The notes below the pieces were generated by a model. That model did not search any database and was not told the DNA's origin. It saw nothing but the letters and a program-made list of their open reading frames with translations. From Octopus bimaculoides (Eukaryota), in contig NC_068992.1 in NCBI RefSeq assembly GCF_001194135.2, positions 9,262,943 through 9,326,942 of the forward strand: a stretch of DNA of 64,000 bases. Reading direction: 5' to 3'. This document shows positions 1-12,218 of this stretch, piece by piece (the stretch's first letter is position 1; every line of letters begins with the position of its first letter). Both the position numbers and the translations under genes were made by a program.

Positions 1-480
1 TAGAATTTTATTTCACTTGCTGATTTTTTTTTCACTTTGAAAGTGAATATTCTTAAATAAGTTTAGTCTGCTGAGATCCAACATTCCGTTTAGATCTACA
101 TTATATATTTCTTCAATATTTTATACGAAACTTTTGCCATAGTTTCTCATTTTGGGGAGGATTTTGCGGTAAAATACAAAAGCATAATGTCCCCTTTTCC
201 CTTTTTTACTTTCGTGTTTAATTTACGAAAATTTGATGTGTTTAGTTTGAACCTTTTATATTATCATAATTATTGCCATTTTTATTTGTTTCTGGTATGC
301 CGGGTTTTGTACGCACTTTTTTCGTATATCTTATATCCATCAAATTCAAACTACACATTTTCCTTATAATCTGGATAATGCTGGCTTTACCTGTAGTTTC
401 AATTTTTTGTTATATGTGAGAGATAAAAACCTGTCTTCAATCATCGTTCATATTATGCGTATTTCTTTGTCTGCTACTTA

Positions 481-620
481 TTTTATCGGCTTTTTTTTGC
501 CGAATCGCTACGTTACGTGGACGTGACCAAAACCAACACCGACTGTAAATCGGCGGTGAGGAAGAGAGAACAAGCACAGCACAAACACAAAGACATACAT
601 ACACACAAATAAACACCTAT
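481..620 (-). mobile_element. SINE family B, decayed 3' half
   Basis: Similar to 10015-10095 (TTTTGCCGAATCGCTACGTTACG...). Confidence 0.6.
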
Positions 621-1409
621 ACATACATACACTCTATTCATATATATGAGGATAAAATTGAATAGTATAATTGTAACACCAATGAAAAAAGGTCAAGCTT
701 AGCAGTCATAAACTTAATGAAAACAACATACACATAGGTAAGATCCGGTTAACTTAAATATGCGCAGAAGCTACTATAGTCACAATGAATAAATGAACTC
801 TCTCTCTCAGGGATATGGACATAAGAGTATAAAGAAAATAAAAGCAAGTATCATGAAACAAGTATACGGAAAGAGCATTGAAAATAAGAGAAAATACCTT
901 CCAATGTTTACTGAAATCATAACTAAAGAAAGACAACTGGAAAAAATGAGGAGTAAAACATTACAAAACAGAAGTAGCCGAAAGTACAAGACATCTGAAC
1001 GATAAGATCCTCCCTAAGTTGTAAATAATTCAGTGTTATGGAAAGCGACAAGGATTCTTTGAACGAAACAAACAGTTCAACTCCAAGCCAAACAGATTTT
1101 ATCAAGAGCTCGGTAAAAATATAATAGAAATTCATGCAACATTTGCATCAAGAGAAGTAAAATAATTCTGAAGAGGATAACGAGTGAATTAATCTTCATG
1201 GATGAGATTGCACCAACACATTTGAATAATTGTGCTAGGTTATATCAACAAATCAACACATGTTCTAAGCCCCTTCAGTTGATATATAAAATAATGAATA
1301 TCTGAAAACCACCAAGAAAGAATAAAATCCTAAAACTTCTGAGTGAAATATTTAAGTGTATTTAAGTGAAATGTATAATATTTGAGTGAAGTATGTATAA
1401 ATTTCAAGT

Positions 1410-1965
1410 AAAAATTTGAATTATGTGAAGAAAGCAGCTCTGTAGTAAAATTTGTATCTATATAACATATTTACCATATGTGTATGGTTGAAAAACTCAA
1501 AGCTGCAGTTTTCCTCTTTATAGACGTATTGTGGAAAAAAAATAACAACTCAATATACTCCACAGCTAGGCAAAACAAAACCGCCCCAGAAGCGACTGTA
1601 TTTCGTCATTGTGCGGCTTGTCAGTGTCACGTACTCATGTCATTTCCGAAATGAGATGAATCAGTTAGTCTGAAGTATATAGAGATACGTAGTATATAAA
1701 CAACTTTACACTGATTTGCAACGGTGCCGCAGAAGCAGAATAAATTCGAATTATGCAATAGAAGCCGTTCTATAGGAAAATCTGTATCTATATAACATGT
1801 TTAATGTGTGTTGTTGTAAAGCCAAAAGCTTCCGGGGCAATTTCATTTCGTCTATCTCTGAAGTATATTGTGTTTTGTTTGATAACACAATAAATCTATA
1901 AAAATTGCAGCTTCTGGCTTTTCAACAAAATATTTATGTTAAATATGTTTTATAGAAAAAAAGAT
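1410..1965. repeat. Element built of direct and inverted copies of a ~90-130 bp unit
   Basis: 1413-1510 resembles 1742-1830 (direct); 1440-1565 resembles the reverse complement of 1856-1960. Confidence 0.6.
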
Positions 1966-2411
1966 TGTTGTAAAACTATTTAAAAACAGACTGAAATAAT
2001 CGGAAACAACACCTAACAAGTTAAATAAAGAGAAACTATCTGAAGTCAGAGAAGAAAAGAAACAACAAACCTTTAGCTTACTTTTCTACAACCCAGAAAG
2101 ATTTAATTCTTATAATATTGTAGAAGATGTGTAAATACCAAAAACACAACCTTATTTCTAGAAGAACGAAGGAATTTTACAATGGCTATAGCTGTAAAGA
2201 TTAATTACTAATTAACAATACCAAAATCAAAAAAATCAAAGAAGAGTGATTTGATCATGTCATAGATTGATTACCTGTAGTTTCTGGAAAGTTTCAGTGT
2301 AAGGTTGTACCAATGATAACAAAATGTATTAAACACACCATGGGTAAATGTGAAGCAAAATATGAAATTCTATGAACTAGCAGTCATCAGCATTAGAATA
2401 GGAATAGTCCA

Positions 2412-2450
<39 letters not shown>

Positions 2451-2929
2451 CTTCTTTCTTGCTGCTAACACCTTCAACCGACGCCGTTTTAAACCATACT
2501 AAATTCGGATAGATGCGCCAAGAAAGAACGATTACACAAATTTTATGTGGTCAACTTTTGGGAACAAGTTGTTCGCTGTAGATTATATAAACAAGAAACG
2601 CTAATTCAGAACATTTATGGCACATTAGATAAACAAAAGATAAGAGAATTAGGCCAAACTATTTTAGCAAATAGGTAGGAATTAATGAATCAGACATTGT
2701 TCGAAACGCACACAAAAAAATAAAAGGTCACTAAGGAATATTATAGATACATTTAATTAATAGTTAAAACATAATTAAAAGGCATCAATTATCTAGATGT
2801 AGCAGTAATATGTTATAGGTGGATGTTAAAGAATTTAGCAAGAATGGGCATTAAAATGAAATAAAATATAATAGTTTCTAATTTAGATACTAAGGAGAAA
2901 GTCTAGTCAATACCATAAACCTCAGCACT

Positions 2930-3055
2930 CAATATTATTGACCCCGGAGGAATGAGAGACAAAGGTGACCAGGGCGGGATTTGAACTCAGAAAATAGGGT
3001 GGAAACAAATCCTGTAAAGCATTTTCCTGATGATTTAACGATTCTTCCAGCTGAC
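2930..3055 (-). mobile_element. SINE family C, decayed
   Basis: ATTGACCCCGGAGGAATGAGAGACAAAG...GGGATTTGAACTCAGAA. Confidence 0.7.
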
Positions 3056-4249
3056 CGTGTTCAAAACAAGAAAAATAATGACTACAGTTATTACACACAA
3101 CCCCAAAGTCCGACATAGACAGATTACACTTACCGCAAATCTAGGGTTAGAAAGGGCAATTAAGATCTGTAAAATGACCAGCGTAGGACTAAAATTACTG
3201 GGAAAGGTCAATGGAAAATTAGTGGAAATAGCTACAAAATAGATAGAAAATACTTTCTGTTATTAAGGAGGTCAATGAATATAAAAGAGAAGTTGAAATG
3301 ACAATTAATTATGAAAAGGAAAAGAAGCAACAGTAGAAATTGTGAAGAAAAAGCTAAAAATTAAGTTAAAATCGAGGCTATAAAAAGCTATGATAAAATG
3401 ATGGCAAGAAAATTCCCTTCATCACCAATTCACGTAAAAAAAGAAGAGACGAGGAATAGATAAAGTAAAGGCTGAAGCCTGGATAAGAAACATAAGAATC
3501 AAAGTCGAAATCGAAGAATTATTGACTGCAACACAAGATAAAAGCCTCTCACCAATTACCACCGAAGAGTATAATGAAGTAGAATATATTAAATAACTGC
3601 AGAAAAAGTAGAGGTGGAGAGAAACAATTAAACACAGACTAGCTAGCAGATTGACGTTAACCGAGAAAGAATACATGTAAAGCCATTGTCAAATTTGGTG
3701 TTTTCATACAGTGGGAGTTATGCGAAGATTATTACATACCAAAAAAAAAAAAAGAAAAAAAAAGAGATCTTATAAATGTACATAAGAGTTTTTCAAAGAA
3801 TGATAAAGTTGCCAGATTCTTAGATATGTACTTTCTTACAAACAAAAAGAAAGACCAAGACTAATTGGCAGGACAATGTTTTCAAGGAACACAAGGAAAG
3901 AAATGCCTCCTATTCGAAACACAATCTCAATAGATGGTATCTGGAAAAAGAAAAAAAATTGTCTGGAAATAGAGATAACCAAAATGCAGGGATTGGAAGC
4001 AGAATCAGTTCCTATAATAATTGGCGCCTTGTGAATGATTTAAAAAGATGCAGCTAACTACATATCCATCACTCTAGAGGACTTGCAAATATGCAGAAGA
4101 TACAGAAAATATCACTACAAGGCACTGGATACATATTGATAGCGAACGGAGCTGTGATCGGTAATGAGGTGGCAGCATGCAATAAAAATAAAATCCTTAA
4201 GTAGTAATTATTTCTTCTAAAAGCACGAGCCTGCAATTTTGGGAAATTC

Positions 4250-4320
4250 CAGTGTTCAACTGGTACTTATATCGACCCCATGCTCAACTGGCACTTATAT
4301 CGATCCCCATACTCAACTAG
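4250..4320 (-). mobile_element. SINE family C tail fragment, tandemly duplicated
   Basis: (C/T)TCAACTGG(T/C)ACTTATATCGA repeated about 2.5 times. Confidence 0.5.
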
Positions 4321-4899
4321 GTGATGTTTAAGAATACTGGAGGACATTGCACACAAAATAACGCTATTTGGTTGCCCTGAAAATTGTCCTGTAACACACA
4401 TCAGTTATCAATGAATCAAGCACAACTCGCCTCCTCGCTAAACGAGAAAATGTTGACGCATATCCAAGTAATACTGTGACTTAATGCTAAGAATTTTATT
4501 TCGTATACATAATGTATTAAAAAAAAGTGTTCATACAGGGTCGGTGATCGGCCCATGTGTTAAGAAGCTAATGGAAGACATCTCATATTAAAGTCAGATC
4601 TCATATTAATATCACATGGATAACATTTCATATTAATATCAAACTGATTTATTCCCCTCACAAAAAATGACATGCAAAAAAAAAAGAAAAATTAGAAAAT
4701 AAGCAATCCACATCATTCACCCCTCGGTTAAAAGAGGACTGCGTGATTGGAATTGAATTTTATGCATAACATGTATGGAAATTACCGCACACATAACTCG
4801 ACATCACCATAGACCAATAAACAGGTATGTGATGAAAATAACGATAATTTGAAAATAAATTGCCGGCTTTACTTCTTAAGTTTCGTAAAGGAAAGAAAA

Positions 4900-5900
4900 A
4901 AGACACATATAGACAAAAAAGGAATATGTTTCTATTTTACATGCGCTTTTTACAGCTACATTGTACTCCAAAAATGAAGCTACAAAATTTTCGCATAAAA
5001 TTCAGATAGCAAAGGACACTGATCTCAAAGTAATTTTGAATTCCAACAGATTTGCTAATATAAAAAGAAAATTATCTAGACGCAAAAGATATCAGACAAC
5101 GAAAGAATGCATAAAAGCAATTCAAATAACGAATTAAAAACAAAGTGAATATTGAAAACGTAAATCACAAAGATAGACCTGACATGTGCAAAAGAATGTG
5201 AATAACGAAAGCCAACAAAGCTAAACGCTAGAATGCATAGAGAAAACTAACCGAACCAGAATAAAAACAAAATAAGAACGACTAGAAACTCAAATACAGA
5301 TAGTGCATGGATTTATTAGAAGAATTGATATGCGGTTCCGGTTAGGAATATATGCGAAAGTAACATCAAAGAGGAGAAAATTAATGAAGAGCATTAATGA
5401 CATGTTATATAAAGAAAAAGACATAAAGAGAAGAAATCCAATAGAAAGAGATAAGAGAATTAGATCTGATACAGACTGACAAATATTTAAGAATTAATGA
5501 ACCTGGTAGAGAACAATACAAGCACATGAAAGAAAAGGTTACTAAGGAATATTATAGACACGTTAAATTAATACTTAAACAGAACTAAATGAAAAGAAAA
5601 ATTGGTTAAAGGCATCAATACTCGACCTAATCTAGAAATAATTTACAGTTATTATCAAATGGATGCAAATAGAAAAAACAAGAGGACTGTAAAATTTGGA
5701 AAATGATGACTGCATTTAGAAATTACCAACTAAAATCGGATAAACATTATATTTACAATAAATACAAGCATGCAGGGGTTTTATTCAGTCAGAAAACAAT
5801 CTTAAAAATATCTAAAGTGGGACTAGGAAAATATGTGATGGAAAACAGTGGACGATTAATTATAAAGATAGTTAAAAATACGACCAATAATAGAAATAAA
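4900..5900 (+). mobile_element. Second decayed R4/Dong-like LINE fragment (RT C-terminus and downstream region)
   Basis: DKYLRINE...HMKEKVTKEYYRHVKLILK (~5480-5580) and MMTAFRNYQLKSD (~5703-5745); paralogous to 2660-3170. Confidence 0.6.
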
Positions 5901-6049
5901 GGAAAGAAACTACATAAGCCCAGGTAGATTTGAAACCAAAAGAAAAAGAACGGGGGTTAATATAGCAAGGGATCATGTGCTACGATCTAACGATTCTACC
6001 GATTCTTCACCTATATTTAGCGCAAAAACTGAAAAAAAAATATTGCATA

Positions 6050-6273
6050 GGTGCAAGCGTGGCAAGCGGTAAGAAGTTCGTTACTTAACCACGTAGCTTT
6101 GAGTTCAGTCCCTCAAAGTGGTACCTCGGGCGAGTGTCTTTTATTGTAGCCCCATGCCGACCAACGCCTTGTGAGAGTGGATGTGTTAAATGTCATATAT
6201 ATATATACATACACACAGACACACACACACATACACACACATATATACATATATATATATATACACACACACA

Positions 6274-6371
<98 letters not shown>

Positions 6372-6418
6372 CACATGCACACCTATATATGTATATATAT
6401 ATATATATATACACAAGC

Positions 6419-6449
<31 letters not shown>

Positions 6450-6540
6450 CACACACCTATATATATATATGTAGGTATTTATTAGGTACTTATGCTTATG
6501 TGTGGTTATGTGTTTGTGTTTGTTTTACTAGTTGTTAACC
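6050..6540 (+). mobile_element. SINE family B head followed by an expanded microsatellite
   Basis: GAGTTCAGTCCC...TACCTCGGGCGAGTGTCTT...GCCGACCAACGCCTTGTGAG, then ~280 bp of (TA)/(CA). Confidence 0.75.
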
Positions 6541-6675
6541 AGTATTGGTTTGTTTACTTCTGCGTACATATTTCTATCTGTGCGCATCCACTCATCCATC
6601 CACGCACCCATCCATCCATCTATCCAGGCAACTATCGACCCATCCAACCTGCCAGTCATCCATCCATCCGTCCAT

Positions 6676-6708
<33 letters not shown>

Positions 6709-6927
6709 TAGCCAGCCAGCCAGCTATCTATACATTTAGCCAGACACGCTGAGAGATTAATCCCTATCCTTATGTATCTATTCATACATGTACACGCATA
6801 CCAATATTCGAGTACACGCACACACACACATACATACACACCGTAATAATGTTATGCACAGCCTCAAGAAAGAATTATGATATATCCCTAGCTGTATGGC
6901 TACCACTAACCATAATTGCATATACAT

Positions 6928-6958
<31 letters not shown>

Positions 6959-6996
6959 TACATACACACACACACGCATATATATATATACGCACA

Positions 6997-7037
<41 letters not shown>

Positions 7038-7669
7038 AACGGTTTACATAATGTGACACACAATGGAATCATCAAGTGATTGTTAAGATTCTTTTTGCAT
7101 TGATGCAACAATTAATAGATCTGGCAAAGTACCATTCAACCAGGAAACCGTGTTATTCAAAGGAGAACCCAGTGCAGTTCTTGATACAAAGCAAAATTGA
7201 TTCAGTTATTGATTTTTCTATTGAAAAATACCATATTTTAGTAAATTCCAAAGAAAACACCTACTGTTATTCTAGTTTTAGTTTCTTAAAAGAAAAAAAA
7301 AATATTGATTTTTTTGTTTTGTTTCGAATGGGAAACAATCCCGTTTAATAAGCTGTAGCTGGAGGGCGTATCACAGAACTGCAGTATATTACTGGTATTT
7401 TATATTAGAGATAATGTGGCCGAATTGTAGAGAAATAGTACTTTCGAGAAATATTACTCACATTAAATTTGATGAAGTTTTCTTCATGGCAGGAAATCGG
7501 TGCTACATAACTCGGCGTATTGGTAGTGATGGCAATGGACCCCCGTCGTCTGGTAGCGAGGAATCAGTTGTTCGATCAACTGGTTTATCTGCTGTTGAAT
7601 TTACGTGTAAGCCACTGAGCATCCCATAAACGCATGCATCTTTAATGTAATTCTTCGACACGATCCACC

Positions 7670-7815
7670 CAACGGACTTCTGTTCAGTTTCCATTTATTC
7701 GATTTCACTCATAAAATATAGCTTAAATCGGAGGTTACAGAATAATGATATTTACTGTAGATACCACGGAGTGGTATTGAAATTGAAACCACTTCGTTTC
7801 AAAGCGAACATATTA
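7670..7815 (-). mobile_element. SINE family B, very decayed head
   Basis: TTCAGTTTCCAT...TTCACTCA...CCACGGAGTGG...GAAACCAC collinear with the family consensus. Confidence 0.45.
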
Positions 7816-8009
7816 ATCATTCACCATTCTCCGCCCCCCCCGTTAATTAATACTCTAAATAATCCAATCAAAGGAATTCATTGTATTTTGGATGACAATG
7901 TTTTCAAATACACCGGTTGGTTCGGAAACGCTAATTCAGCCAGGATTTTGACATCTAAACAACTCCAAAGATCGTTCTGTGCAGATTTATGGAGCTGAAC
8001 TCAATAAAT

Positions 8010-8185
8010 ATGCCCCACCTCACAACTGGTCTTGGTTTGTTTATGTCGGTTCGATAATAAGTGATCGATATTTTAAATATCAGGCTTAAAGACAAATAAG
8101 TCCTGGGGTCGATTTGTTCGACCAAAACCTTTCAAGGTGGTGCCCCAGCATGGCCGCAGATTGAAACAAGAAGAAAAAATAGATA
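8010..8185 (+). mobile_element. SINE family B 3' half
   Basis: AATAAGTCCTGGGGTCGATTTGTTCGAC...GGTGCCCCAGCATGGCCGCAG. Confidence 0.8.
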
Positions 8186-8252
8186 AGCAAACATACAAAA
8201 CTTAAACGAGCTTGATGCAAAAGTGCAGCCTACAACTTGGAGTAGAAACACG

Positions 8253-8469
8253 CTTTTATCTTTTACTTGCTTGAGACATTGGAATGCGACCAAGCTGGAT
8301 CACCGTTTTAGTCGAACAAATCAAATTCCAGTACTTATTATTTTTTTTTATAAGTCTGGAACTTATTCTATTCAACACCATTGCCTGACCGCTAAGTCAC
8401 GGAGACATAAACAAACCAACACTGGTTGTCAATCACTGGGGGAGAGGAGCAGAAACAGCCAGAAACACA

Positions 8470-8536
<67 letters not shown>

Positions 8537-8710
8537 GCGCATATAAATATACAGCGGGTTCCCACACAGTTTCCGTCCACCGTATTCACTCACAAAGTAC
8601 TGGTTGGCTTAGGGCTATAGCAGAAGACACTTGCTCAAGGACTAGCGGCCTTGCAATGGCACTGAACCCGAAACCACATGGCTACAAAGCGAGTTTGTTA
8701 ACCACAGCCT
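8253..8710 (-). mobile_element. SINE family B, full length, diverged, with internal (CA)n
   Basis: Tail, body, (CA)n and head (GAAGACACTTGCTCAAGG...GAACCCGAAACCACATGG) are collinear. Confidence 0.8.
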
Positions 8711-8879
8711 ATCACTCAGAAAGATGGCTGGTTGCTTCCATAGATGCAGGGCAATTTCAACGCAGAAATTTTAGCTTAATGAGATACATTGAATCACCGA
8801 GGCGCCATTTTTATAGTCAACAAAACAACCCACAGCCATCTTTGCGTTTATTTTCGGTTGGCTGGAAACTTCCATGGTA

Positions 8880-8899
8880 CAACAACAACAACAACAACA

Positions 8900-8951
<52 letters not shown>

Positions 8952-9014
8952 ATTATATTGCTACTCCTGCAGCTACAACCCCTAATACTGCAGCTACCGC
9001 TGCTGCTATTGTTG

Positions 9015-9081
<67 letters not shown>
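8880..9081. repeat. (AAC)n/(TAC)n trinucleotide microsatellites
   Basis: Read directly from the sequence. Confidence 0.97.
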
Positions 9082-9083
<2 letters not shown>

Positions 9084-9699
9084 AATTTGGTGGGACAGGA
9101 AATACGATAAACATTTTTCCTTTCCCTTTTCAGTGGAATTTTGAGTCTGAGTCGTGAAGCATCGATGTTTGATAGATTAAATTATGATAGTTTTACTTCG
9201 TCTAATTAGGTGTGTATTTTATTGGGGGAAAAAAAAAAGTATATCGGAAATAATTCTTCAAACCTCTCCTGGCAGCCTAGATACATATACAAAGTGAAAT
9301 AGCATCATCATTAGCAGCAGCAGCAGCAGCAGCAAAAGCAGCAGCGGTAAATCAAAGACGTTTCACTGACTCGGATTGCAAGTAGCTTGACCTTTGTCCA
9401 ACAGCTTTCGCTAGCCATCTTCATATTTCTTATCATTAACGTCCATTTTATACTGGAAGAAATAGGATTATGACTAGACTTCTGACAACTGGCGGTGTCT
9501 ACTAAACTGGATTCTCGTCAGCAGTCTAGCTTAGTGAAAATGGAAAATGAATGACTTCGCTACAAATCATTCTGACTATTTGTAAATGGTTTTAATTATA
9601 TATGTAACCTATATTGGACCAGCATGTAGTTACGCGTGGGAATGTGTTTATATGGCTTTAGTTATGCATGTAAATCGTATCGACAGAATTGTTACCACA

Positions 9700-9790
9700 A
9701 GGAATAAAATGCTTAGCAGAGTTTTTTCTGGTTCTTTACGTTCCGAGTTCAAATGCCACCGAGATTGACTTTGCCTTTCATCCTTTCGGA
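9700..9790 (+). mobile_element. SINE family C 5' part
   Basis: AAATGCTTAGC...TTTACGTTCCGAGTTCAAATGCCACCGAG...TTGCCTTTCATCCTTTCGGA. Confidence 0.8.
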
Positions 9791-9799
9791 ATGAAACAA

Positions 9800-10099
9800 C
9801 TAACCAATATGAAACGGAGGCTGAGACAACGAGTAATTATGAGATAAAAAGAAACCACAGAAATTGTGAGGAAAAGGCTAAAAATTATATTAAAATCGGG
9901 ACTACTCTTTTACTCTTTTACTTGTTTCAGTCATTTGACTGCGGCCATGCTGGAGCACCGCCTTTAGTCGAGCAAATCGACCCCAGGACTTATTCTTTGG
10001 ATGCCTAGTACTTATTCTATCTGTCTCTTTTGCCGATCCGCTAAATTACGGGGACATAAACACACTAGCATCGGTTGTCAAACGATGTTGGGGGGACAA

Positions 10100-10148
<49 letters not shown>

Positions 10149-10505
10149 CATATATGCGACGGGCTTCTTTCAGTTTCCGTCTACCAAATCCATTCACAAG
10201 GCTTTGGTCGGCCCGAGGCTATAGTAGAAGACACTTGCCCAAGGTGCCACGCAGTGGGAATGAACCCGGAACCATGTGGTTGGTAAGCAAGTTACTTACC
10301 ACACAGCCACTCCTATGATAAAGTGTTGGCAAGAAAATCCTCCACGTCATCAATTCTCGTAAAAAAAAAAAAAGATAAAAGAAATGTGAGATAGTCAAAG
10401 AAAAATCTGAATCTTGGACGAGAAGTGCAAGAATCGTAACCGGAATTGAAAGACGACTGCAACATTATGTGGAAGCCTTTTCGCCAATAATCACGATAAT
10501 CCAAA
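9800..10505 (+). mobile_element. R4/Dong-like LINE fragment split by a SINE insertion
   Basis: 9800-9900 and 10318-10505 align by eye to contiguous sequence at 3280-3580 (e.g. AGAAATTGTGAGGAAAAGGCTAAAAATT; GATAAAGTGTTGGCAAGAAAAT). Confidence 0.55.
9904..10317 (-). mobile_element. tRNA-derived CORE-like SINE family B, well-preserved full-length copy with internal (TA)/(TG) microsatellite
   Basis: A box TGGCTGTGTGG, B-box-like GGTTCATTCCC, MIR-core-like ACCTTGGGCAAGT, tail GAAACAAGTAAAAGAGTAAAAGAG. Confidence 0.92.
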
Positions 10506-10507
10506 AG

Positions 10508-10650
10508 CCGAGGTCAATGTAAATCACTTGCCCCACCTCTCATCCTTTCGGAGTCGATAAAAAATGCCAATTGAGTCTTGGGATCGATGTAAACTATTTC
10601 CGTCTCCCTTGAAAATTGCTGACCTTGTGCCAAAACTAGAAAGAATTATT
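10508..10650 (+). mobile_element. SINE family C 3' part
   Basis: TCATCCTTTCGGAGTCGATAAAA...GACCTTGTGCCAAAACTAGAAAGAATTATTA. Confidence 0.75.
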
Positions 10651-10774
10651 ACATGCAACCTATATTGGATCAGCATTAGAGTTATGTATATGAACATATA
10701 TGGTATCCGTATGATTTAAATTATACATTTAATCGATTTTGGACCAGCATATAGTTATATAAGTGAATGTATCA

Positions 10775-11079
10775 GGAGGCACAATGGCCCAGTGGTTAGG
10801 GCAGCGAACTCGCGGTCATAGGATCGCGGTTTCGATTCCCAGACCGGGCGTTGTGAGTGTTTATTGAGCGAAAGCACCTAAAAGCTTCACGAGGCTCCGG
10901 CAGGGGTTGGTGGCGAACCCTGCTGTACTCTTTCACCACAACTTTCTCTCACTCTCACTTCCTGTTCCTGTTGTGCCTGTAATTCAAAGGGCCAGCCTTG
11001 TCACACTGTGTCACGCTGAATATCCCCGAGAACTACGTTAAGGGTACACGTGTCTGTGGAGTGCTCAGCCACTTGCACG
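10775..11079 (+). mobile_element. tRNA-derived SINE family A (GGAGGCGCAATGG head; resembles octopus OR-type SINEs), truncated by a gap
   Basis: A box TGGCCCAGTGG, B box GGTTTCGATTCCC; near-identical to three other copies in the window. Confidence 0.9.
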
Positions 11080-12038
11080 NNNNNNNNNNNNNNNNNNNNN
11101 NNNNNNNNNNNNNNNNNNNNNNNNNNNNNNNNNNNNNNNNNNNNNNNNNNNNNNNNNNNNNNNNNNNNNNNNNNNNNNNNNNNNNNNNNNNNNNNNNNNN
11201 NNNNNNNNNNNNNNNNNNNNNNNNNNNNNNNNNNNNNNNNNNNNNNNNNNNNNNNNNNNNNNNNNNNNNNNNNNNNNNNNNNNNNNNNNNNNNNNNNNNN
11301 NNNNNNNNNNNNNNNNNNNNNNNNNNNNNNNNNNNNNNNNNNNNNNNNNNNNNNNNNNNNNNNNNNNNNNNNNNNNNNNNNNNNNNNNNNNNNNNNNNNN
11401 NNNNNNNNNNNNNNNNNNNNNNNNNNNNNNNNNNNNNNNNNNNNNNNNNNNNNNNNNNNNNNNNNNNNNNNNNNNNNNNNNNNNNNNNNNNNNNNNNNNN
11501 NNNNNNNNNNNNNNNNNNNNNNNNNNNNNNNNNNNNNNNNNNNNNNNNNNNNNNNNNNNNNNNNNNNNNNNNNNNNNNNNNNNNNNNNNNNNNNNNNNNN
11601 NNNNNNNNNNNNNNNNNNNNNNNNNNNNNNNNNNNNNNNNNNNNNNNNNNNNNNNNNNNNNNNNNNNNNNNNNNNNNNNNNNNNNNNNNNNNNNNNNNNN
11701 NNNNNNNNNNNNNNNNNNNNNNNNNNNNNNNNNNNNNNNNNNNNNNNNNNNNNNNNNNNNNNNNNNNNNNNNNNNNNNNNNNNNNNNNNNNNNNNNNNNN
11801 NNNNNNNNNNNNNNNNNNNNNNNNNNNNNNNNNNNNNNNNNNNNNNNNNNNNNNNNNNNNNNNNNNNNNNNNNNNNNNNNNNNNNNNNNNNNNNNNNNNN
11901 NNNNNNNNNNNNNNNNNNNNNNNNNNNNNNNNNNNNNNNNNNNNNNNNNNNNNNNNNNNNNNNNNNNNNNNNNNNNNNNNNNNNNNNNNNNNNNNNNNNN
12001 NNNNNNNNNNNNNNACACACACACACACACACACACAT

Positions 12039-12218
12039 TCTTATTCTTTGTAAGCCTAGTACTTATTCTACCGGTCTCTTTAGCCGAATCGCTTATTTAC
12101 GCGGACGTCTACTAATTTATTTACGCGGACGTCTTCGTTTCCGTCTACTAAATCTACTCACATGGCTTTGGTCGGCTCGAGGCTATAGTAGAAGACACTT
12201 GCCCAAGGTGCCACGCAG
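12039..12218 (-). mobile_element. SINE family B with internal deletion and a short duplication
   Basis: TTGTAAGCCTAGTACTTATTCTA...GAGGCTATAGTAGAAGACACTTGCCCAAGGTGCCACGCAG; TATTTACGCGGACGTCT occurs twice. Confidence 0.85.

Larger units (their letters stand above)
793..4140 (+). mobile_element. Highly decayed, near-full-length R4/Dong-like (REL-endonuclease) non-LTR retrotransposon, interrupted by other repeats
   Basis: Collinear remnants with stops and frameshifts: FFERNKQFNSKPNRFYQELGK (~1050-1120), FDHV of RT (~2250), KVTKEYYR (~2725), HNPKSDIDRLHLP (~3100), EIEELLTATQDK (~3510), DKVARF (~3800), VPIIIGAL and IQKISLQGTGYIL (~4010-4140). Confidence 0.65.

Noticed and set aside
6113-7111. ORFs rich in YI/HT/CV dipeptides, here and throughout the window
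   Set aside because: They are translations of (TA)n, (CA)n and (TATG)n microsatellites, which lack stops by construction.
10775-10850. tRNA-like sequence at SINE heads (also 36850-36924, 39535-39610, 58917-58990)
   Set aside because: A and B boxes continue into a shared SINE body with a tail and TSDs; no complete acceptor stem, so these are not tRNA genes.
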